NCBI GenBank assembly: GCA_014728535.1
Contig: WJLL01000053.1
Coordinates: 1-42,054, forward strand
Source of the DNA: Candidatus Portnoybacteria bacterium
Lineage (GTDB): Bacteria > Patescibacteriota > Minisyncoccia > RBG-13-40-8-A
Direction: 5' to 3'
Length of the DNA stretch: 42,054 bases
Below the pieces are notes generated by a model. That model made no database searches. It was not told the origin of the DNA and saw only the letters and a list, made by a program, of their open reading frames with translations. Position numbers and translations under genes: made by a program. Positions 26,656 through 34,747 of the stretch are shown here, one piece after another (position 1 is the stretch's first letter; every line of letters begins with the position of its first letter).

Positions 26656-28695
26656 ATGATTAATAAAACAAAAAAACTAAAAATATTTTTATTAACAGGA
26701 ATTACATCCTTTATAATTCCTAAAATTGTTTTTGCAGGTTGGTTTGGTCCTGGCTGGATAGTTGAATTATCTAAAGGAGTATTAAAATCATCAGCCGTAG
26801 GATTAGGACGGTCAATATTAACAGCAATTACAGAGATTTTTCTACATATTGTGTCTTTTCTTGTACAGCTATCTTCTTTTCTTTTTGAAGGAGCTCTTAA
26901 AATAAGTTTTTCAAAAAACTTGTATATAATAGAAGCAGGGTGGGAGGTGACTAGAGATATAGCAAACATGCTCTTCATTCTATTTCTTGTAATAATTGCC
27001 TTTGGAACAATTTTAAGAGTTGAAAATTATCAAGCTAAAAAACTTTTGCCGAAACTAATATTAATAGCTCTTTTGATAAATTTCAGTATGGTATTTGCTT
27101 ATGTTGTAGTTGACTTCACAAACATTACTGCCTCTTTTTTCATAAAAGACATAAAGGTAGGACCTCTTGTAGACAGCCTGAAGATGGTTAACGTTTTTTT
27201 ACCAATGGAATGTAGTGATATGGAATTAGATGAAGAAGCGCAAAGCAAGTGTGAATCGTACGTAGAAAGCCAGGGCCTAACTAATTTTTGGGGATTCATA
27301 CTGTCTATGATGTTTGGCACAATATTTCTTTTAATACTATCATTTGTTTTATTAGCAGGAACCGCTCTTCTTTTAGTAAGAACAATATTTATATGGTTTC
27401 TTGTAATACTAGCTCCTATGGCATTTATATGTTACATCCTTCCAGGTCTTAGAAAAAATTGGCAACAGTGGTTGAGCACATTTTTAAGATGGTGCATTTT
27501 CGCCCCAGCTTATGCTTTCTTTCTATGGCTAACAATAAAAGTAGCAATAGAAGGAAAAGCAAGAATGCTGACAAAAACACACAGCCCTGATTTTATGGGC
27601 GCAGGAACTATGGGTGCTCTTACAGAATCCCCTGCAATGCTTTTGCATTATATAATAATAATAGGAATGCTCATAGGATCCTTAATAGCAGCAAGCAAGT
27701 TTGGGATTTACGGATCAAACACATTAATGAAAGTCAGCAAAAAAGTAGGCAAGTGGGGGCTAAGAAAAGCAAGCAGAAAACCAGCTGATATAGCAGCAAG
27801 AGGAGTAGGTAGCGCAATGCAAAGAGTTGGACAATCAAAACTTTTTGGAGGAGAAGATACTCGCCGAGGAAGAGCCCTTATAACAAGAGGCAAGCAAATA
27901 TATCAAACGCCAGCAATGACCGAAGAAGCAAAAAGATTTAGAAAAAGAATGAATCAATTAACTGACGAAGGAAAGGTAAAGGCATTTAAACAAGCATCAG
28001 GAGGGTTGGCTATGGTAGGAGCAATGGAGTCACTAGACGCATTAAAGAAGAGCGAAGACAGAGAGGCAATCAACAAAGGAGTTGCTGTTTTAAGAGCAAA
28101 TAATAAGATAAAGGCAGCCAAAGATCTTGAAGAATTAAGATTTGATGCAATAGGAGACAAAGACAAGGCAATAAAGGCAATAACTAAGGGAATAGAAAAA
28201 GGAATTAATAAGTCATATAAAGCAGAATCTTTTAAAGACCAACAAGGCCAAATAGCCGCCAGACGCTTTGTTGAATCACTAGAAGACATATCAGAGGTTA
28301 TAGATAAAACAAAGGAGATGCCAAAAGCAACTCGAAAAGCAGAAGCAGAAGCAATAAAGCAAGAATTTACTGACTTTTCAGAAGAAGACATTAAAAGAAG
28401 AGCATCTTTCTATGCTGCAACAGGAAAATTATTAGAAGCATTTGAAGATCAAAGCGGAAACATCAATGAGTCAGAAATGAAAAAATTTGCAAACAAATTA
28501 AGACCAAAAGACTTTGCCAATATAGACATGAATGCCATTCCCGAAATAGCCGTCTCCATAACAGATCAAGGACTAGCAAGAGACATGGGCAAAGAATTAT
28601 CAGCAAAACAAAAATTAGAATTTGCCTCTAATTTCCAAAGTGATATTCGAAATGCACTAAAAGATGATAAAAATTGGAAGTCATATATTTCTTAA
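26656..28695 (+). CDS. polytopic membrane protein, VirB6/TrbL-like candidate, with a long hydrophilic C-terminal extension
   Basis: 679 aa. Multiple TM segments in the first ~370 aa with a TrbL/VirB6-like layout, then about 300 aa of charged helical sequence. The call rests on position next to PrgI/VirB4 and on topology. Confidence 0.5.
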   Translation: MINKTKKLKIFLLTGITSFIIPKIVFAGWFGPGWIVELSKGVLKSSAVGLGRSILTAITEIFLHIVSFLVQLSSFLFEGALKISFSKNLYIIEAGWEVTRDIANMLFILFLVIIAFGTILRVENYQAKKLLPKLILIALLINFSMVFAYVVVDFTNITASFFIKDIKVGPLVDSLKMVNVFLPMECSDMELDEEAQSKCESYVESQGLTNFWGFILSMMFGTIFLLILSFVLLAGTALLLVRTIFIWFLVILAPMAFICYILPGLRKNWQQWLSTFLRWCIFAPAYAFFLWLTIKVAIEGKARMLTKTHSPDFMGAGTMGALTESPAMLLHYIIIIGMLIGSLIAASKFGIYGSNTLMKVSKKVGKWGLRKASRKPADIAARGVGSAMQRVGQSKLFGGEDTRRGRALITRGKQIYQTPAMTEEAKRFRKRMNQLTDEGKVKAFKQASGGLAMVGAMESLDALKKSEDREAINKGVAVLRANNKIKAAKDLEELRFDAIGDKDKAIKAITKGIEKGINKSYKAESFKDQQGQIAARRFVESLEDISEVIDKTKEMPKATRKAEAEAIKQEFTDFSEEDIKRRASFYAATGKLLEAFEDQSGNINESEMKKFANKLRPKDFANIDMNAIPEIAVSITDQGLARDMGKELSAKQKLEFASNFQSDIRNALKDDKNWKSYIS

Positions 28696-28698
28696 ACA

Positions 28699-29106
28699 AT
28701 GCAATTTCAAGTACCACAATATACAGACATAGAAGATAAAGTAATAGGCCCACTAACCATAAAACAGTTTATGTATCTTTTGGTAGCAGGCATAATAATC
28801 TTTATCTTCTACAAACTTTTCAATTTCGCAATCTTTATTATCCTCTCGATCCCCATAGCTCTAATAGCTATAACATTTGCATTTGTAAAAATACATGATC
28901 AGCCTTTTTCTGTAATAGTAATTAATTTTTTTAGCTTTTTAAAAAAACCAGACTATTATGTCTGGAAAAGGCCAAAAGAAAAAGAAATATTGGAACAAGA
29001 AGAAGAGCCAAAAATAATAAAAAGGGAGGAGGCGCCAAAAAGACAAGAAAAAAAACCAAAAAGCAGGTTAAATGAATTAAATTGGAAAATAGAAATAAAA
29101 AAATAA
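28699..29106 (+). CDS. PrgI-family (VirB3-like) small membrane protein
   Basis: 135 aa. MQFQVPQYTDIEDKVIGPLTIKQFMYLL followed by two TM segments, as in the Gram-positive T4SS PrgI family. Sits immediately upstream of VirB4. Confidence 0.7.
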   Translation: MQFQVPQYTDIEDKVIGPLTIKQFMYLLVAGIIIFIFYKLFNFAIFIILSIPIALIAITFAFVKIHDQPFSVIVINFFSFLKKPDYYVWKRPKEKEILEQEEEPKIIKREEAPKRQEKKPKSRLNELNWKIEIKK

Positions 29107-29107
29107 A

Positions 29108-29737
29108 ATGGCAATAAATTTACCAAAAAAAGCTCCAGCAGTACAAGATTTTGTAGAAATAAAAGACATAAGAGACGGAGTGGCAATAACAAAAGACAAC
29201 AATCTAAGATCTGTTTGTATATGCTCAAGTATAAACTTCAGTCTCTTAAGTAAGGACGAAAAAGAAGCAGTAATTGCTTCATTTCAAGAATTTTTAAACT
29301 CTTTAGACTTTACTGTACAAATAATAATAGCATCTAGGCATTTTAAAATAGATTCATACCTAGACCAAATAAAAGAATTAGAAAAAAAACAAACAAATGA
29401 ATTATTAAGAATTCAAACACAGGAATATATAAGTTTCGTAGAAAGCTTTGTTGATTTTGCAAATATAATGAATAAGTCTTTTTATGTAATAATTCCCTTT
29501 GGAGCAATAGAGTCAAAAGAAGAATCAATACTAGAAAAAATACAAAATGTAATAGGATCAAAAACATCAAGCCAACAAAGCTTAAAAATGGAAAGATTTA
29601 GCCAATATAAGAAACAATTAGATCAAAGAGTGAATTTAGTAATAGAAGGACTCCAAGGAATAGGAGTAAAAGCCGTTCCTTTAAATGACGAACAATTAAC
29701 AGAGCTTTATTACGAATTCTACAACGTAGACAAATGA
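29108..29737 (+). CDS. VirB4-type ATPase, N-terminal domain encoded as a separate ORF
   Basis: 209 aa. VQDFVEIKDIRDGVAITKDNNLRSVCICSSINFSLLSKDEKEAVIASFQEFLNSLDFTVQIII matches the N-terminal region of Gram-positive VirB4/ConE/TcpF-like ATPases. Ends with TGA overlapping the next ATG. Confidence 0.65.
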   Translation: MAINLPKKAPAVQDFVEIKDIRDGVAITKDNNLRSVCICSSINFSLLSKDEKEAVIASFQEFLNSLDFTVQIIIASRHFKIDSYLDQIKELEKKQTNELLRIQTQEYISFVESFVDFANIMNKSFYVIIPFGAIESKEESILEKIQNVIGSKTSSQQSLKMERFSQYKKQLDQRVNLVIEGLQGIGVKAVPLNDEQLTELYYEFYNVDK

Positions 29738-31518
29738 GTTTATTCAAAAAGAAAAAACAAAAAACAGCAACCCCAGAAGGCTTGCCAGAAGAAGGCATGT
29801 CATTAATTGATGCAATAGCACCCTCTGCTTTGCAAATAACCTCAAACTACATTCAAATAGGAAATAAATTTGCTAAAACATTATTCGTAATAACATATCC
29901 AAGGTTTTTAACAGTAAGCTGGCTTTCTCCAATAATAAACACGGACAGAGTATTTAACATATCAATGTTTGTGCATCCAACAGACACAGGCATAATATTA
30001 AAAAAATTAAGAAAGAAATTAACTCAGATAGAGTCTCAAATAACAACAGAACAAGAAGAAGGAAAGGTAAGAAATCCTGTTTTAGAAACAGCCAGACAAG
30101 ACGTAGAATCATTAAGAGACAGACTCATCCAGGGAACAGAAAAGTTTTTCAAATATGGTCTTTATATAACAATATTTGAAGATTCTCCAGAAAAACTAAG
30201 AGAAACAGAAGAGCAAATGCTTTCTATGTTTGAATCAAAGATGGTATATATCAGACCAGCATTATTTCAACAAGAAAAAGGAATAAATTCAACTATACCT
30301 ATAGGAAAAGATAGATTACTAGTAACAAACTCAATGAACACAGAGCCTCTTTCCACAACATTTCCTTTTGTATCCTCTACTCTTTCATCAGATAAAGGAA
30401 TTCTTTACGGAATAAATCGCCACAACAATAGCCTAATAATATTTGATAGATTTTCTTTAGAAAATGGCAACATGGTCATTTTTGGGAAATCAGGCTCAGG
30501 AAAATCATATGCTGTAAAAGTAGAATTATTAAGATCACTAATGCTTGGAACAGACTGCATAGTCATTGATCCAGAAAATGAATATCAATATCTGGCAGAA
30601 ACAACAGATGGAGCATTCTTTGACATATCTCTTAGCTCCCAAGTCCACATAAATCCATTTGATATTTCACCTCCAGGAGAAGATGAAACAAACGAAGAAG
30701 TATATAAATCAAAAATAATGGATCTAGTAGGATTAATGAAGGTAGCCCTAGGAGACCTAACCCCAGAAGAAGACTCAATACTAGACAGAGCATTAAATGA
30801 AACATACGCATCAAAAGACATAACACCAGACTCTGATTTTAAAAAAATCACCCCTCCCCTGCTAGAAGATCTGCAAACAATACTAGAAAACATGGAGGGA
30901 GGAGATAGTCTAGCAAAAAGACTGCAAAGATATACAAAAGGAAGTTTTGCTGGGTTCTTAAACAAGCCAACAAATATAGATATAAACAAGCACTTGGTAG
31001 TATTCAGCACAAGAGACATGGATGATGAATTAAAACCAATAGCTATGTATCTTATTCTTCAATACATTTGGAATCTAATAAGATCCCAGCTAAAGAAAAG
31101 AATTATGGTAGTAGATGAAGCTTGGTGGATGATGAAATATGAATCAGGAGCATCATTCCTTCATGGAATAGCAAAAAGATGTAGAAAATATTGGCTAGGC
31201 CTAACAACAATAACCCAAGACATCCCAGATTTTATGAATTCTGATTATGGCAAGGCTATTATCACAAACTCTTCTCTTCAAATATTATTCAAGCAATCTC
31301 CTGCAACAATTGATGTAGTAAAAGAAACATTCAACCTTACAAATGAAGAAAAATATCTTCTTCTCCAAGCAGATGTAGGAGAAGGAATATTCTTTGCAGG
31401 AATAAAACATGCAGCTATAAAAGTAGAAGCATCATATACTGAAGACCAAATAGTAACATCCAGTCCTGAACAAATAATGAAAATCAGAGGAGCCAAGGAA
31501 GAGATAGAAGAAAAATAA
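29734..31518 (+). CDS. virB4: VirB4-family type IV secretion ATPase (middle and C-terminal ATPase domains)
   Basis: 594 aa. APSALQITSNYIQIGNKFAKTLFVITYPRFLTVSWLSPII is the typical VirB4 middle domain. Walker A is FGKSGSGKSY and Walker B is IMVVDEAWWMM, with TTITQDI near the C-terminus. Confidence 0.85.
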   Translation: MSLFKKKKQKTATPEGLPEEGMSLIDAIAPSALQITSNYIQIGNKFAKTLFVITYPRFLTVSWLSPIINTDRVFNISMFVHPTDTGIILKKLRKKLTQIESQITTEQEEGKVRNPVLETARQDVESLRDRLIQGTEKFFKYGLYITIFEDSPEKLRETEEQMLSMFESKMVYIRPALFQQEKGINSTIPIGKDRLLVTNSMNTEPLSTTFPFVSSTLSSDKGILYGINRHNNSLIIFDRFSLENGNMVIFGKSGSGKSYAVKVELLRSLMLGTDCIVIDPENEYQYLAETTDGAFFDISLSSQVHINPFDISPPGEDETNEEVYKSKIMDLVGLMKVALGDLTPEEDSILDRALNETYASKDITPDSDFKKITPPLLEDLQTILENMEGGDSLAKRLQRYTKGSFAGFLNKPTNIDINKHLVVFSTRDMDDELKPIAMYLILQYIWNLIRSQLKKRIMVVDEAWWMMKYESGASFLHGIAKRCRKYWLGLTTITQDIPDFMNSDYGKAIITNSSLQILFKQSPATIDVVKETFNLTNEEKYLLLQADVGEGIFFAGIKHAAIKVEASYTEDQIVTSSPEQIMKIRGAKEEIEEK

Positions 31519-31531
31519 TTAAAAACAAATT

Positions 31532-31969
31532 ATGGCTACAGTAACAGAGCAAGAAAAGAATAATCAGATTAGATTAAAGGAGCAAAGGGCAAAAGCAGAT
31601 ATAGAATCTGATGATAGCGGCATTACCCCAGCATCTATTATAACAGTAGCAGAGTTTGTGTTGGTCTTTGGAGCAGCAATAACGCTAGATTTAATAGACA
31701 TTTTAGACTTTACTGGCGTAGGAGCAATATTAGTAAGGTTTATAGACATACCAACACTGGGATTTATATGGCTATGGAGAATATTAAAACAACAAAAAGG
31801 CCCCAAAAAAGATCCTACGCTTAAACTTTTATCTGCTTTTCTTGTGGAAATAAGCCCTATAGGCCTTATTCCTTCATGGTCAATATTTGTCATATATGTT
31901 TTTTTCCAAGATACAAAAGTAGGCAAAAAAACTATATCAAAAGCCAAAAAAATTAAAACCAAAAAATGA
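31532..31969 (+). CDS. hypothetical small membrane protein
   Basis: 145 aa. Charged N-terminus, about 3 hydrophobic segments, Lys-rich C-terminus. No family recognised. Confidence 0.5.
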   Translation: MATVTEQEKNNQIRLKEQRAKADIESDDSGITPASIITVAEFVLVFGAAITLDLIDILDFTGVGAILVRFIDIPTLGFIWLWRILKQQKGPKKDPTLKLLSAFLVEISPIGLIPSWSIFVIYVFFQDTKVGKKTISKAKKIKTKK

Positions 31970-32730
31970 TTAAAAAAATACTAATAACATTATTAATAGC
32001 AATTTTTCCAATAACAGCATTAGCTCAAGTAGATTTTAATTTAGACAACATATTTGATACATATAATTTTGTGCCCTCTAGGGTAGAACTGCAAGGATAT
32101 CAAATGATTTGGTCAACAGACACATATACTCCTTATGAATACAAAGGAAGAGCGCTCCCTTCTATAGGAAGCGATGTAATTGTAGAAGCCATAGTCAACA
32201 CAAGTAATGGCAGCCCAAGTGATTTAAAATATAGTTGGTTTATAGATGATATATTTCAAAGAAGCAGATCAGGATACGGAAAAACAAAGCTAAAATTTAC
32301 TGCAACACGACCAGGAGGATCTTATCACTCCATAAGACTACAAATATTCAATGAAGACAGAACAATATTTCAAGAAAAAACAATAAAGATACCAATAGCA
32401 AGTCCTGAATTAAAGATCACCTCAAGCCCAGAAAACAATTATTTTTCCAGACAAGACAAAAGCCCTCTTGTTATCTTTGCTGACAAACAAAACGCTCTTA
32501 CAGCCCAACCATACTTTTTTAGCATAAAATCTCTAAGTGACTTATCTTTTGAGTGGATGTTTGAAGAAAAAAAGGTAAATTCATCAGAATACAGAGCAAA
32601 TGTATTAAATTTAAATATAACAAACAAAGACACAGAAGAAATAATTGAAAGAACATTAAATGTAAGAGTTTTTAATAAAAATAATCCAAACCAAGAAGTA
32701 TATAAAAATATAAATCTTCTTATAGATTAA
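31966..32730 (+). CDS. hypothetical secreted protein
   Basis: 254 aa. Cleavable-looking signal MIKKILITLLIAIFPITALAQ and a beta-rich composition. ATGA overlap upstream and TAATG overlap downstream. Confidence 0.55.
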   Translation: MIKKILITLLIAIFPITALAQVDFNLDNIFDTYNFVPSRVELQGYQMIWSTDTYTPYEYKGRALPSIGSDVIVEAIVNTSNGSPSDLKYSWFIDDIFQRSRSGYGKTKLKFTATRPGGSYHSIRLQIFNEDRTIFQEKTIKIPIASPELKITSSPENNYFSRQDKSPLVIFADKQNALTAQPYFFSIKSLSDLSFEWMFEEKKVNSSEYRANVLNLNITNKDTEEIIERTLNVRVFNKNNPNQEVYKNINLLID

Positions 32731-33548
32731 TGAAAAAATATAAAAACATAATTTTTATAATAATCTTCCTGGCGGTCTTAATTCCTCTAAAATTTTCTTT
32801 AGCAGAAACCAGCCTTTTATTAGACTACCCAGAAATAAAAGGAATTCAGCCAGGCACAGAAAGCAATTTGTCTGAAATAATAGCATACATATATTACTTT
32901 GCTCTTGGCATAGCAGGAGTAGCAGCCTTGGTTGTAATAATAATAGGAGCAGCTCAATATACTTTTTCAGCAGGAAATGAATCACAAATGAGTGATGCAA
33001 AAAACAGAATAATATCTGCTATATTAGGAGTAATTCTTCTTTTGGCAAGTGTCTTGATATTAAGAGTAATAAATCCAGATTTAATAGACATAGGGCTAAA
33101 CCAAGAACAATTAGGAATAGACTATAAAGGCAACATGGAATATGCCTGCGAACTAACAAACACCTCTGATTGTGACGGAACCTTTATAACAGGATGCGCA
33201 TCAACCTTAGAGGCCTGTGTTTCTTTTTGCAAAGAACAGGCGAAGAATTTAGGAGCAACAGCCTCGAAGTGTATAGAAAAAATAAAGGAAATGGGGTCTT
33301 GCCAAACAACATGTCAAGAATACTCGAAAAGAAGCTATAAATGCTCCATAAAAAATGTTCCTAGCTGCAAAATAGATGGAGGAAGTGGTCGCTATGTTCC
33401 ACAAAGCGCCTGTTATGAAACAAAAGATGAATGTAAGTCTTTTTGTAAGAATAAAGCAGAAGAATTAGGAGGAGAAATGGAAGCTTGTTATTGGGTTAAA
33501 ACTAAACGCAACTGTATAAATTACCCAACAGGTTGTGAGCAAGATTAA
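32730..33548 (+). CDS. T4SS pilin-like (VirB2/TrbC analogue) protein with a C-terminal duplicated cysteine-rich module
   Basis: 272 aa. Signal segment, then NLSEIIAYIYYFALGIAGVAALVVIIIGAAQYTFSAGNESQMSDAKNRIISAILGVILLLASVLILRVINPDL, the two-helix hairpin typical of the T4SS pilin family common in Patescibacteria. The last ~150 aa hold 16 Cys by hand count, arranged in two similar repeats. Confidence 0.72.
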   Translation: MKKYKNIIFIIIFLAVLIPLKFSLAETSLLLDYPEIKGIQPGTESNLSEIIAYIYYFALGIAGVAALVVIIIGAAQYTFSAGNESQMSDAKNRIISAILGVILLLASVLILRVINPDLIDIGLNQEQLGIDYKGNMEYACELTNTSDCDGTFITGCASTLEACVSFCKEQAKNLGATASKCIEKIKEMGSCQTTCQEYSKRSYKCSIKNVPSCKIDGGSGRYVPQSACYETKDECKSFCKNKAEELGGEMEACYWVKTKRNCINYPTGCEQD

Positions 33549-33563
33549 TTAATTTAAATAATC

Positions 33564-34733
33564 ATGAATACAAAGGTTAAAAAAATATTAATAATAGTAA
33601 TTGCAATACTAGTACTGGCTTTAGCAGCATTCTTAATTTATAATCTTCTCATAAAGCCAGAATCTTCAAAAGAACCAGAAGGAACTTCTGGCCTACCTGA
33701 ATCAGAAAAAGGAACAACACAGCCAAATCAAGAAGATGAATTTACTCCTCAGCCAGAACAAAGAGTGAAAACAATAAGCAGTGAGCCTGTAGCAAGCGCA
33801 ACACTAACTCAAGACCAAGACCAGATAATATATTACTCTCAAACAAGCGGAAATGTTTGGACAGCTAATTTTGATGGATCAGATTTAACAAAATTCTCAG
33901 AAGCAAGTCTAGAAAATTTATTAGATGTATTGTGGTCTCCAGACAAAACCAAAGTCATAACAATATTCCAAGACAATCTAGGAAAAATACAAAAATACTT
34001 TTACAGCTATGAAACAAAAAAGGCGCTCCCGCTAAGTGAATATATGAAAGAAATAGCCTGGTCACCTTCAAGCGACAGGATTGCCTATCATTATTATAAT
34101 AGCCTAAATGACATAAACACTATAAATCTATCTAATCCTGATGGATCTAATTACTCAACAATACTAAACACAAGAATGAAAGACATAGATGTAAAATGGC
34201 CAAAAGGATCAGAGGTATATATATATGAAAAACCCTCTGGCTTAGCTCAAAGCTCACTTTATGCTTTAAACACCTACACCAGAGGATTTACAAAAATACT
34301 CTCAGATATATATGGCTTTAGCCCAAAATGGTCTAAAGATGGAACAAGAATTCTTTATTCGAAAACAGACTCAAGAGGAGAAGATATAGAAATATATACA
34401 ACAAGTTCAATAGGATCTAATCCAGAATCAGCAGGAATATCAACTCTAGCTGAAAAGTGCATTTGGTCTCAAGATCCTAGAATGATATATTGCGCTATAC
34501 CAGAAAACATAGACAAGGCCAAAACCCTGCCAGACGACTTCTATAAAGGAACATTTCAATCAATTGATAAATTCTGGAAAATAAATGTAGAAACGGGAGA
34601 AAAAACACAAATCCTAGCTGACTATGAAATATTAGAAGTATATGATGCAACAAACTTATTTCTTTCCCCGGAAGAAGATTTCCTATTTTTCATAAACAAA
34701 ACAAATGGCCTCTTGTATTCTATAGAGCTATAA
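33564..34733 (+). CDS. membrane-anchored PD40/TolB-like beta-propeller protein
   Basis: 389 aa. N-terminal TM and a Pro/Glu/Gln linker, then repeated WSPD-type blades (VLWSPDKTKVI, IAWSPSSDRIAYHY, PKWSKDGTRILYS, CIWSQDPRMIYC). Confidence 0.65.
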   Translation: MNTKVKKILIIVIAILVLALAAFLIYNLLIKPESSKEPEGTSGLPESEKGTTQPNQEDEFTPQPEQRVKTISSEPVASATLTQDQDQIIYYSQTSGNVWTANFDGSDLTKFSEASLENLLDVLWSPDKTKVITIFQDNLGKIQKYFYSYETKKALPLSEYMKEIAWSPSSDRIAYHYYNSLNDINTINLSNPDGSNYSTILNTRMKDIDVKWPKGSEVYIYEKPSGLAQSSLYALNTYTRGFTKILSDIYGFSPKWSKDGTRILYSKTDSRGEDIEIYTTSSIGSNPESAGISTLAEKCIWSQDPRMIYCAIPENIDKAKTLPDDFYKGTFQSIDKFWKINVETGEKTQILADYEILEVYDATNLFLSPEEDFLFFINKTNGLLYSIEL

Positions 34734-34747
34734 AACAAAAAAAGAGA

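Noticed and set aside
22901-34733. Interpreting the T4SS-like block as an integrated conjugative element or a prophage remnant.
   Set aside because: The window holds no integrase, recombinase, relaxase, coupling protein, replication module, flanking direct repeats or adjacent tRNA target. Base composition looks the same as the flanks, and both flanks are core housekeeping operons.
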